NCBI GenBank assembly: GCA_014905635.1
Contig: JABVCE010000002.1
Coordinates: 2,542,001-2,606,000, forward strand
Source of the DNA: Scenedesmus sp. PABB004
Taxonomy: Eukaryota
DNA: 64,000 bases
Direction of reading: 5' to 3'
Position 1 is the first letter of the stretch. The number at the start of each line of letters is the position of its first letter. This document shows positions 1-11,436 of this stretch, piece by piece. The position numbers and the translations under genes are program-made. The notes under the pieces are model-generated. The model searched no databases. It was not told the origin of the DNA and saw nothing but the letters and a program-made list of their open reading frames with translations.

Positions 1-3000
1 GCCGTCTGCAAGAAGTGCTTCAACATGGCCACCATCGACAAGAACATGGCGTCCGACGCCGTGTCGTTCATGGCGTCCGACATCTCCAAGATCTTCGACG
101 GCTGCCAGGAGATCCACTACCTGTGGACGGCGCCGATCGAGGCCGGCGCCATCCTCACCATCCTCGCCGTGCTGGTCAGGGTGTACGCCCTGCCCGGCTG
201 GGGCGTCATCGCCATCGTCCTGCCCGCCCAGTACCTCTTCGGCTGGATGATCATCAAGAACAAGATTGGCAACGCCAAGAACACCCAGGAGCGCGGCGGC
301 ATCATCCAGGAGATCCTCCCCGCCATGAAGCTGGTCAAGTACTACGCGTGGGAGCAGTTCTTCGAGAAGGAGATCGCGGCCATCCGCAAGCGCGAGCTGA
401 AGATTCAGTTCAAGAACGCGTGCATCAAGACCGTGAACCTCGCGATGGTCTTCGGCACGCCGCCCATGACCGCGTGCGTCATCTTCGCCAGCTACGAGCT
501 CATGGTCGGCCGCCTGGACGCCACGCTCGCGTTCACGACGCTCTCGCTGTTCAACATCCTGCGCTTCCCGCTCGTCGTGCTGCCCAAGGCCATGCGCGCG
601 CTGTCCGAGGCCGTCGCCTCGGTCAACCGCATTGAGGGCTTCCTGCTCGAGCACGTGCCCACCGACGCCGAGGGTGCGCGCAAGTCCACCGGCGCGGGCG
701 TCAAGATCGTGAGTGCCGCGCCTGCCGCGCGCGCGCCGGGCCTGCGGGCGCTGCCAGCCCCGCGCGCGCGCGCGCGCCCGCGCCCGCCGTGTGCACGCTG
801 ACCGCCCGCCGCCCGCTGCCGCCGCCTCTCGCCCCGCAGCGCAACGCCCAGTTCAAGCACCACGGCAAGGACAACTTCACGCTCAACGTGCCCGAGTTCA
901 CCGCAGCCCCCGGCGAGCTGGTGGCGGTGGTCGGCCGCGTCGGCGCGGGCAAGTCCTCCCTCTTCCAGGCCATCCTCGGCAACATGGACCCGGTGCAGGG
1001 CCACGTCGAGACCGGCGGCCGCGTGTCGTTCGTGCCCCAGAACCCCTGGTGCCAGAACCTCACCCTGCGCGAGAACATCCTCTTCGGCCTGCCCTTTGAC
1101 GAGGAGAAGTACGAGCGGGTGAGTAGCCTGGCTGGCGCTGCAGCGCGCGCAGCGGGCCAGCACTGCAGCCGGGCCGCGCGCGCGCGCGCGCACTGGCGCT
1201 GCAGCCGGCCGCCCGCCTGGCTCGGCGGCTGACGCGCCGCCGCGCCCCGCGCCGCTTGCAGGTCATCGTCGACTGCGCGCTCGAGCTGGACCTGCAGATC
1301 CTGCCCAAGGGTGACCAGTCCAAGGCCGGCCTGCGCGGCATCAACCTGTCTGGCGGCCAGCGCCAGCGCCTCAACCTCGCGCGCGCGGCCTACTTCAACG
1401 GCGACCTGGTGCTGCTCGACAACGCCCTCTCCGCCGTCGACCACCACACCGCGCACCACATCTTCAAGAACCTGCTCAAGGACAGCATGTGCGAGAAGGC
1501 GATCGTGCTCATCACCCACCAGGTCGAGTTCCTGCCGCAGTGCGACAAGGTGGCCATCATGGACGAGGGCGACATGATCTACTTTGGACCCTGGAACGCG
1601 CAGGCCCAGCAGCTGCTCAGCAAGGTGCTGCCCACCAGCCACCTGCTCGCCGCCGCCGGCGGCGCGGAGGAGCGGAAGGAGCCCAAGAAGAAGAAGCCCA
1701 GCGGTGCCACCAGCTCGGGCCTCTCCCTCTCGGCCACCAACATCAAGGACAACCTGGGCAAGAAGAAGGAGAAGAACGCCACCAGCCTCACCATGCAGCA
1801 GGCCATCGTCACCTACGCCCTGCACGGCGGCGTCGCCGTCGGCCTCCTCTCCCTGCTCTGGTTCCTCTCGGCGCAGACCACCCGCCAGATCTCGGACTAC
1901 TGGTGCGCAGCGGCGCGCTGCGCTCGGGGCCTCCCTGCCTGCCGCCGCGCTGCCGCCGCGCGCGCGCGCGCGCAACTGCGCGCTGGCTGACCGCCCCGCC
2001 GCCCCGTGCGCGCGCCCGCGCTGCAGGGTGCGCCAGTGGACCGGCGACTCGCGTGGCTGGTACAAGAACGGCCTGCCGTTCCCTGCATTCCACCCGACCA
2101 ACGGCGCGGGCGCCGCGTACGTCATGATCTACGGCTGCCTCACCGCCGCATTCATCATCCTGATGCTCTGCCGCGGCGGCACCTTCCACCTCTGGACCCT
2201 GGGCAGCAGCCAGCGCATGCACTCCAAGATGCTCCACAAGTGAGCGCCGCGCGCGCTGCCGCACGCTGCGCGCCTGGCCCGCGCGCTGGTGGTTGGCTGG
2301 CAAGGGCCGGTGCCAACCGCTGACCACCGCGGCGTGCCGCCCGCCGCCGCGCAGCGTGCTCTACGCGCCGCTGGGCTTCTTCCTGCAGAACCCGGTCGGC
2401 GAGATGCTCGTCGCGTTCACCAAGGACCAGGACATCCTGGACGAGAACCTGGTCGACACGCTGCACTACCTGGGCATCTACGGCCTCATCATGCTCTCCA
2501 CGGTCATCACCGTCAGCGTGACCATCCCCATGTTCAGCGTGTTTGCCGCCGTGCTGCTGATCGTCACCCTGATCATGCTCTACTTCTACCTCCCCGCCGC
2601 GACGACGCTCAAGAAGCAGAAGGTCGAGACCGCCGGTGCGTGCGCGGGGCGCTGCGCGGGCCCGCTGCAGCTGCAGGCAGCGCTGGCCGTCGCGCTGCTG
2701 GCCGCCGCGCGCTGCCTCTGCCGCCCCGCCGGGCTGCTGCTCACGCGCCCGCTGCCGCGCCGCAGGCGACCTGGTCGGCCTGGTCGCCGAGACGCTGGAG
2801 GGCCTGCCCATCATCACCGCGTTTGGCCAGAACAAGTACTTTGTCGCGACCGCGGCCAACAAGATTGACGAGCACCACCGCGCGCTGTTCAACGGCGAGT
2901 CGCTCAACCTCTGGCTTGCCTTTTACTGCGACCTCTACGGCGCCATCCTGGTGCTCGCGGTCTGCATCTTTGCCGTGGTCATGCGCGAGCAGCTCGGTGC

Positions 3001-4334
3001 CGCTGCGGTCGGCCTGGCCTTCTCCAACACTATCCAGGTGCGCCGCCGCGCGCGCTGCGCGCAGCACGCGCTCTGCGCTGCGCGCCGCCAGCGCCTGGCC
3101 ACGCGCCCAGCCCGCCGCGCCCAGCCCGCTGCGCCCAGCCCCGCCGCGCCTGCCCAGCGCCTGACGCGCCGCTGCACCTGTCGCCGCGCCACAGATGCTT
3201 GTGTTCTACACCTGGACCGTGCGCAACCTGGCCGACACCATCAGCCTGTTCGCCTCGTCCGAGAAGATCGGGTGGATGGCCACCAAGACCCCCCAGGAGG
3301 GCGACGCGCTCTACACCGCCGACCACACCGCCGAGGGCGGCAAGGATGGCAAGGACGCCGGCAAGCTGGTTGTCGCGATCGACGCTGCGGCCGACGGCGG
3401 CGCGCCGGCCGGCTGGCCGCGCCGCGGCACCATAGAGTTTGACAACGTGTGGATGAAGTACCTGCCTTCCGCGCCCTACGCGCTGAAGGGTGAGCGCCGC
3501 CACCTGCAGCCTGCGCGCGCGCGCGCGCGCCGGCGGCGCGCCCTGGCTCGCGCGCAGGCCGCCCGCGCCCGCCGCTGACGCGCCTGCCCTGCCTCCCACC
3601 CGCGCGCAGGCGTGACGTTCCGCCTGAACCACGCCGAGAAGGCGGGCGTCGTTGGCCGCACCGGCTCCGGCAAGTCCACCCTGCTGCTGGCGCTGTACCG
3701 CATGTTTGAGCTGGACAAGGGCTCCATCCGCGTCGACGGCGTCGACATCGCCTCCCTCGCCCTGCGCAAGCTGCGCCCCGGCCTGTCCATCATCCCCCAG
3801 GAGCCCGTCGTCTTCAGCGGCACCGTGCGCACCAACCTGGATCCCTTTGGCGAGTTCACCGACGTCGCCATGTGGGACGCGCTGAAGAAGGCCAACCTGG
3901 AGGCCCAGGCCAAGAGCTGTGGCGGCCTCGACGGCAAGATCGACGGCACCGGCGGCAAGGCCTGGTCGCTCGGGCAGCAGCAGCTCATGTGCCTCGCGCG
4001 CGCGGCGCTGCGCAACGTGCCCGTGCTCTGCCTCGACGAGGCGACCGCGGCGATGGACCCCCACACCGAGCAGGAGGTGCAGGCGGTCATCAAGCGCGTC
4101 TTCTCCGAGCGCACCACGCTCACCATCGCGCACCGCCTCGACACCGTCATAGAGTCCGACCAGGTGATTGTGATGGAGGCGGGCGTGCTCAAGGAGATGG
4201 CGCCGCCCTCGGTGCTGCTGGACAACCGCGAGTCGATGTTCAGCAAGCTCGTCGACAAGACCGGCGCCTCGGCGGCCGCCGCGCTGCGGCAGATGGCGGC
4301 CGAGTTCCTTGCCAGCCGGGCCAACCGCGCGTGA
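1..4334 (+). CDS. HLA3: ABCC/MRP-type ABC transporter, HLA3 (MRP1)-like putative bicarbonate transporter; 5'-partial, spliced (approx. exons <1-708, 840-1118, 1262-1902, 2027-2239, 2355-2635, 2766-3037, 3195-3489, 3610-4334)
   Basis: Two NBDs: GRVGAGKSS / LSGGQRQR / LLDN and GRTGSGKS / WSLGQQQL / CLDEAT, plus TMD segments. Stretches such as QEILPAMKLVKYYAWE, GDQSKAGLRGINLSGGQRQRLNLAR, DNALSAVDHHTAHHIF and FTKDQD match my recollection of Chlamydomonas HLA3. GT-AG introns restore the frame. Confidence 0.9.
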
Positions 4335-4734
4335 ATGAACGCGCGGCTGTGCCGGCTGGGCTGCATTTGAGCGGGGGGTCTGGTCTGAATTTCGTCTCTG
4401 CTGCCTCGTCGAGGGGAGGGAAAAGAGCGCGTGTGGGCAGGTTTTTGGCGCGAGCGGCAGCTGCGCGAGCGCCTGCTCGTCGCCGCGCGGGCTGGAGCGT
4501 GTGTTTGGCGCCGCGCAGTGCTGGCGTCGTCGTCTGGTGCAAAACGGCGCTGGAGTGCTGTACACAAGTGCGCCAAGGGCCGCGGCGGGTTGTTGTTTGA
4601 CTGAACTCCCGCGCCGCGTGGGGAGCAGGGCGCCGACACGCATCATGAAGCGCGCGCTGGGCACGAGCTCGGCGAGCCGGCTTTTCCCTCCCGTGTGAGA
4701 GGAACGCAATCGATTTCTTCGTCTAGCACAGCTT

Positions 4735-4739
4735 TGTAA
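4735..4739 (+). promoter_or_regulatory. TGTAA green-algal polyadenylation signal (HLA3-like gene)
   Basis: TGTAA lies ~400 nt after the stop. The same motif follows other + strand genes at 19528, 25835 and 40804. Confidence 0.6.
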
Positions 4740-4819
4740 CTGGACACTGCCGCCGTCGCGGGAGCATCCCCGGGACCTGTGCGCGCCAGACGTGCCGCCG
4801 CTGCTGCCGACGCTGCCAG

Positions 4820-4945
4820 CGCCGCTGCCACCCCACCGCCGCCGCTGCCACCCCACCGCCGCCGCTGCCACCCCACCGACGCCGCTGCCACCCCACCGAC
4901 GCCGCTGCCACCCCACCGCCGCCGCTGCCGCCCCACCGCCGCCGC
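4820..4945. repeat. 20-bp minisatellite (GCCGCTGCCACCCCACCGCC/GAC), ~6 copies
   Basis: Directly visible tandem unit. Confidence 0.9.
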
Positions 4946-4969
4946 CGCTCCTGCCGCTGTGACGCGCAG

Positions 4970-5332
4970 GTGAAGGTGTCGGACGGCGCCAGCCCGCAGG
5001 CGGCGGCCTTTAGCTTTGAAGCCGACGTCGACCCCGCTGCGCTGGCGGCGGCGGCGCGCGGCGACGAGCGCGCTGCGCGCGCTCTCGCGGCCGCGGTGGC
5101 GCCGGGGTTCGCGGAGGAGCTGCTCGCCGCGCGCGCGTGGCGGTGCGTCGCGTGCGGCGAGCCGGCGACGCGCGTGGTGCAGCACCCTGTGCCCTACTTG
5201 GGCAACGCGTCCCCCGCCATCGCCGACCTCGCGGGCGCGGTGTGCGACCGCGCCGCGTGCGCGGCCAGGCACGAGGCCGCGCGGCGCCCCTGCTCCCGGC
5301 GGTCGTGTGACGGCCCAGCCGCTGCTGAGCAG
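4970..5332 (+). pseudogene. Orphan exon-like segment with CxxC...CxxxxC (WRCVACGEPATRVVQHPVPYL...AVCDRAAC); probable zinc-binding gene fragment
   Basis: Preceded by a GTGAC...GCAG acceptor-like site and coding-like in composition. No convincing start exon or continuation found. Confidence 0.35.
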
Positions 5333-5648
5333 GTCTCGCATTGCCGGCGGCACCGCCGTCTGGGTCCGTGCAGCCGGTCAACGCTATGCGCGTGTGAGGC
5401 GGCCTCCGCCCCGCCTCATCCCACGCGCGTGAGCGGTGATCAGGCACTCGTACCGCGATGCAGGCCAGGTCTACGCGCGCGCCCAGACATCAGCCTAGGA
5501 GGCGTCACTCTCAAATCACCGACGCCACACCTCAGCCTCCCTCCGCCTGCCGCCCGCCAGAGCTCCCCCGCGCTAAAGGCGCGCCTCCACCGCATTCCCC
5601 GCGCGCTCCCGCCATCGCCGCGCGCCCACGCGCCCACCCCGCGGCGCC

Positions 5649-8600
5649 ATGGCCCCCGGGGGGCCGGCGACGCCCAAGTACCACAATGTCTACCCCATGG
5701 GTGGCAGCTGGATCGTGCAGATCAGCCTCCAGGGCAAGATGTACGCCTTCGGCACCTACGGCAGCGCGGAGGCCGCCGCGCGCGTGGCGGACGCCGCCCA
5801 CTGCGCGTTCGTGCGGCGCGGCTGGCAGAGCGCGTTTCACGTGCTCCTCAAGGGCGGGCTCAACTTCCCGGAGCACCCGCCGTCGCGCGAGGAGGAGGAC
5901 GCGGCCGTGGCGCGCCTGCTGGACTCCAAGGGCGGGAGGAGCCTCGCAGAGAGCCTCGCGCGTGAGCGCTGCACTGTGCCGCGCGCGCGCGCCGCGCTGC
6001 GTCGCCTGCCCCCTCACACGCCCGCGCCCTCGCCCCGCAGGCTCGCCGCCGCCCTGCACGCCGACGGACCCGCTGCTGGCCATGGCCGCCGGCCGCATGC
6101 AGCCTGCGCGCAGCGAGCGCGGCGGCGGCGGCGGCGGCCTGCCGGGCCTGCGGCCGCGCGGCTCGACGTCACAGCGCGACGTCGAGCGCTCGCTGGAGTT
6201 CATCGCCGAGATCTTGCCGGCGGTCACGGGCGCCGCGGGCTTCAGCGTGGAGCGCTTCACGCACGAGCTCAGCAAGGAGATCCTGGACGCGCTGGAGGGC
6301 TACTGCGGCCCCAGCCCGGACGAGGACCCCGCCGCGTCGGACAGCGCGCAGCAGGAGGTCAACGGCGTGGCCGCGGCGCTCGGCGCCGACGGGGACGCGC
6401 TGGCCGCCGCGCTCGACGCGCTGCGCGGGTCGGAGGGCCTGACCGGCGACGCTCTGCTCAAGAGGCAGGTGGCCGCGGCGCGGGTCAGCTGGCTCGCCGC
6501 CGCGCCGCCGCACCTGCTGACTCTCTTCACCTACTTTGCGAACGAGGTGCTGTGCGGTGCGTGGGCCCGGCGCTGGCGCGCGGCGCTCGCGCGCGGCAGC
6601 TGCGCAGGCGGCGCGCGCGCGGGCCCTCCCCCACACGCCGCCGCGCGCCGCTGCGCCGCTCCGCTGCAGTCGCGCTGCTGATCGCCGACGGCAGCGTGGA
6701 CGTGGCCGCCGGACTGCGCGTGGTGCTGCACCTCGGCAGTGGCATGCCCATGCCGCGCGCGTGCCGCGATGTCATCGCCTGGGACCTGGAGGCGCTTGCC
6801 GCCGCCAAGCGCACCAGCAGGGGCGCGGCATGCTGCGAGCCGCTGCACCCGGTGAGCGACATCGGCCTTGTCGGCATGGCAAGCGCGCTGGTGGCGCTGA
6901 GCGAGTGGGAGCAGCAGCAGCAGCAGCAGCGAGCGGCGGCGGCGGCGGCCAGGGCGGCGGCGGCGGCGGCGGCGGCGGCCAGGGCGGCGGCGGCGGCGGC
7001 GGCGCCGCGCGGCAGCGGTAGCCCCGTGCCGGACATGGCGACGCCGCCGCCGTCGTCGCCGCAGTCGCGGCGGCAGCAGCTCGGAGCGCAGGGGCAGCAG
7101 CAGCAGCAGCAGCGAGCGGCGGGCGCAGCGGCGGCCCAGGTGGCGGTGGCGCCGGCGCACGGCAGCGACACGCACAGCGGCCGCAGCCCCAGCCCCAGCC
7201 CTGCGCGCGGCGGCCCCGCGGCGCCGGCGGCGCACGGCAGCGGCAGCCCCGCGCCGCTGGCGCCGCTCACGCCGCGGCGGGAGGGGCAGCAGCAGCTGCA
7301 GCCGCTGGCGGGCAGCCCCGCGCCCACGCGCGCGCCGCCCGCCGGCGGCGGCGGCCCACAGCGTCGCGCCGCGGCCGTGCGGCACCCGCTCGCCGGCGCG
7401 CGCGGTGTGCGGCTGGGCGTGCGCGCGCCGGCGCTGCAGCTCGTGGTGGACGCGCTCAGGGGCGCGCACCTCACGGGCGACCAGGCCGCGTTTGCCCGCC
7501 TCTGCGCGGCCCGCTTTGCCAGCGTGCCGACGCACCGCCGCATGAACCTGGGCACCGCGGCCAAGGTGGCGGCGCGCGGCGGCCTCGCCGCGGGCGACCG
7601 CGAGCGCACGTTCAACACCGCGCCGGAGGCCATCGAGGAGCTGCTGGCCGCGCTGCGCGACCGGCTCGGCGTCGCGTTTGCGCCCGCGCGCGTGGACGAG
7701 CGCTGGCTCGCGCAGGTGGGGCAGCGCCGCGGCGGAAGCTGCGGCCCCGGCGGCCGCCGCCCGCCCACCCCCGCCCGCCCGCTCGCCTGCCACGCCGCCA
7801 GCTGCTGATGTACGGCGCGGGCGCGAACGACGAGCGCGTGGCGCGGCTGCTGGCGCGCGGCCCCGCGCTGCTCAACGCCTACCCGGCTATGCGCGCCCTG
7901 ATGGACGCGCTGACCGGGCTGGTGAAGCGGCTGCTGCGGGACGACGCCGCCGCGCGCGAGCAGCTGGCAGGCGCGCCGCAGCGCGTGGTGGACGCGGTCA
8001 AGGCGCTGCGCGCGGCGCACGAGGCCGCCGCGACGCTGCACGGCAAGCTCGAGGCGGGCGCGCGCCTCGACTTCAACGAGCGCTTCAGCTGTAGCCTGGG
8101 CTACCTGCACGCCGTCGCGACGGGCCGCGCCGGCAAGCAGGTCCGATGGGAATGGCGGGGCGCCGCGCTCCTCAGCCCCGCCGCCCGTGCCCCGCCACGC
8201 CTGCGCTCACGCTGCGCGCCCCACGTTGCCGCCGCGCGCGCGCGCCCCAGGCGCACCTGGGCCTCGACGACGCCAAGTGGCTCGGCCTGGTCATGCTGCG
8301 CTTTGGCGCGCCGCTGGCGGCGTGCGGCGAGGCGCTGCTGGCGCACACGACCTGCCGGCCCGACACGCTGCTGGGCACGGCGGTCGTGGAGGCCAACCAG
8401 GCCATTGATTGCCTGCGCTCGCGCGCGCAGCAGCCTGGCAAGTACGACTACCCGCAGCTGGGCATGCTGCGCTACGCACGCGCGCTGGGCCTGTGGCGCG
8501 CGGCGCACCTCGGCCCGGGGGGCCTGCCGCCGCCGGCGGGCGACCCCGGTGCGGCGGCCGCCGCGGCAGCTGCGCTGGGCAGCGGGCCTGAGGCAGCAGC

Positions 8601-9849
8601 GGCCGCGGCCGCAGACGCCGACGCCGTCGTGCAGCGGCGCATCGCCGCCGCCGCGTGGGAGCGGCTGCGCGAGGCGGGCGAGGCGGCGGCGGCGGAGCGG
8701 CAGCGGCAGCTCGAGCAGCGCAAGGAGCGCCTGTCCAAGCCGGAGGCGCAGCCCCTCGTGGCGGCGCGGCGCGCGCTCGAGGCGGCGCTCGCGGCGCCGG
8801 AGGCGGACGCGCCGGGGCTGATGCTGCCGCCGCCGCCGCGGGCAGGCGCCAAGCGCGGCAACGCGGGCGGGAGCGACGCGCAGCCCAGCGCGAAGTCGGC
8901 AAAGCACACGCCGCCGCCTGCGGCGCCCGCGGGGCCCGCGGCGCCCGCGGGGCCCGTGACGCACGCGGCGGTGGCGTGCGCGGCGCAGGTGCTGCTGTCC
9001 ACCGTGCGCGCCGCGCCGCCCCACCAAGGCGCGAGCCCTGTGGCGGTGGAGGCGGCGGCGGGCGCCCTGGCCAGCGCGCGCTCGCCGGCCGGCCCGCCTG
9101 GCGGGCAGCTGCAGCCGCAGCTGCAGCCGCAGCTGCAGCCGCAGCTGCCCGAGCTGGGGCTGCCCGACCTGGTGCGGTTGCTGCTGGACGGGCGGCGCGG
9201 GGGCGGTCTGACGCTCCGCGCGGTGGCGGCGCACCGCGACCTGCCGCGCACCCTCTCGTCGTGGGCCGGCGACTTTGTTGCCGCGAGCTTTGCGGCCCCG
9301 GGCGCGCCAAGCGTGGCGGCGCCGGTGCTGGCGGTGGCGCTCGTGGCCTGCGCCGCCGCAGGCCTCGAGGCGCGCGCGCAGGCGGCGCCGGGGCCCTCCG
9401 GCGCCGCGCCGCGCGAGGCGGACTTTGTGCACCTGCTGGGGCGGCTGGTAGGGGCGCTGGCTGACGCGGCCCGGGCTGCCGGCGCGCCGGCGCGGCGCAC
9501 GCCGGCACAGCGCGCGCAGCTGGCGGCCCTGCTGGCCTGCGTGGCGGCGGCGGTGTGCGCGTGGCCGGCGCTGCCGCGGGGCGCGGCGGCGGCGTTCAGC
9601 CGCAGCCAGGTCATCCACGGCCTGCAGTGGCAGGCCCTGGAGCTGAGCAGCGCGCTGGCGGAGCTGGCCGAGTGCGTGGCGGTGGACGCTGGCCAGCGCC
9701 ACGGCCTGCAGCGTTACGTGCGCGACGCGCTGGGCAACCAGCCGCCGCTCGAGCGTGTCCTGCAGGCGTGCCGCGCGGGGGCGCGCGCGGGCCGCGAGAT
9801 CCAGGCGGCGCGGGAGGCGTGCCAGGTTTGCCGGGCCGTGGACGAGTGA
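5649..9849 (+). CDS. Large protein with divergent N-terminal AP2/ERF-like domain (exons 5649-5961, 6041-6556, 6670-7715, 7802-8140, 8251-9849)
   Basis: KYHNVYPMGGSWIVQISLQGKMYAFGTYGSAEAAARVADAA...LNF follows the AP2 pattern. Four GT-AG introns join the ORF-track frames in the correct phase. Contains polyQ/polyA tracts. Confidence 0.7.
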
Positions 9850-11436
9850 GCGGGCGTGCGAGCTGGCGAGTTGCAACGCGCTGGGCAGCCAGGTGAGCCC
9901 AGGCGATCCCGCGCTCGCACGTGGCAGGCTCGAGCAGGTTGGAGCTCCGAAAGCATTGAGCAAGCTCTGGCATGCACTAGGCTGAACACACCGGCCTGCC
10001 CGGCGCCGCGACAGGTCGGTGCCGCAGCTCGTGAGCACCGTCGCAGCCAGCGCTGCCAACCCGCGTGGCACGCCAGCTCACAGCGGCGGCCGGCGCAAAA
10101 CCAGGAGCGCGATGGACCAGCGTGGACCCCAGCAGCAGCGGCGACAGCAGCGGGGCGAGCCGGATAAGGGGCTGGGGCTGGTGCAGTTGCCGCGGCTGCG
10201 CCTGCCGCGGGCAGGCGCCAAGCGCGGCAGCGAGAGCGACGGCAACGCGCAGCCCAGCGCCAAGTCGGCGAAGCACGGGAGGTGGTGCACTGTGACCTGC
10301 TGCGCAGCTTCTCGGCCTGCGTCGTTCACCTTCTGGGGCGCGCCCCAGCCAGGCGACTGGTGGGGGCGCTGGCCGACGCGGCCCGCGACGCTGGCGCGCC
10401 GGCGCGGTGCACGCCGGCGCCGCGCCGCGCGAGGCGGACTTTGTGCACCTGCTGGGGCGGCTGGTAGGGGCGCTGGCTGACGCGGCCCGGGCTGCCGGCG
10501 CGCCGGCGCGGCGCACGCCGGCACAGCGCGCGCAGCTGGCGGCCCTGCTGGCCTGCGTGGCGGCGGCGGTGTGCGCGTGGCCGGCGCTGCCGCGGGGCGC
10601 GGCGGCGGCGTTCAGCCGCAGCCAGGTCATCCACGGCCTGCAGTGGCAGGCCCTGGAGCTGAGCAGCGCGCTGGCGGAGCTGGCCGAGTGCGTGGCGGTG
10701 GACGCTGGCCAGCGCCACGGCCTGCAGCGTTACGTGCGCGACGCGCTGGGCAACCAGCCGCCGCTCGAGCGTGTCCTGCAGGCGTGCCGCGCGGGGGCGC
10801 GCGCGGGCCGCGAGATCCAGGCGGCGCGGGAGGCGTGCCAGGTTTGCCGGGCCGTGGACGAGTGAGCGGGCGTGCGAGCTGGCGAGTTGCAACGCGCTGG
10901 GCAGCCAGGTGAGCCCAGGCGATCCCGCGCTCGCACGTGGCAGGCTCGAGCAGGTTGGAGCTCCGAAAGCATTGAGCAAGCTCTGGCATGCACTAGGCTG
11001 AACACACCGGCCTGCCCGGCGCCGCGACAGGTCGGTGCCGCAGCTCGTGAGCACCGTCGCAGCCAGCGCTGCCAACCCGCGTGGCACGCCAGCTCACAGC
11101 GGCGGCCGGCGCAAAACCAGGAGCGCGATGGACCAGCGTGGACCCCAGCAGCAGCGGCGACAGCAGCGGGGCGAGCCGGATAAGGGGCTGGGGCTGGTGC
11201 AGTTGCCGCGGCTGCGCCTGCCGCGGGCAGGCGCCAAGCGCGGCAGCGAGAGCGACGGCAACGCGCAGCCCAGCGCCAAGTCGGCGAAGCACGGGAGGTG
11301 GTGCACTGTGACCTGCTGCGCAGCTTCTCGGCCTGCGTCGTTCACCTTCTGGGGCGCGCCCCAGCCAGGCGACTGGTGGGGGCGCTGGCCGACGCGGCCC
11401 GCGACGCTGGCGCGCCGGCGCGGTGCACGCCGGCGC
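9398..11436 (+). repeat. Near-identical 1016-bp tandem duplication covering the 3' end and downstream region of the AP2-like gene
   Basis: Identical ORFs are offset by 1016 (9555/10571, 9755/10771, 10065/11081). Confidence 0.95.

Noticed and set aside
1405..1425. Degenerate Walker B (LLDN) in NBD1 as inactivation
   Set aside because: A non-canonical NBD1 is normal for ABCC transporters and, from memory, shared with HLA3.
4820..4945. Regular short repeats as a possible CRISPR array
   Set aside because: Head-to-tail 20-mers with no unique spacers, a eukaryotic context and no cas genes: a minisatellite.
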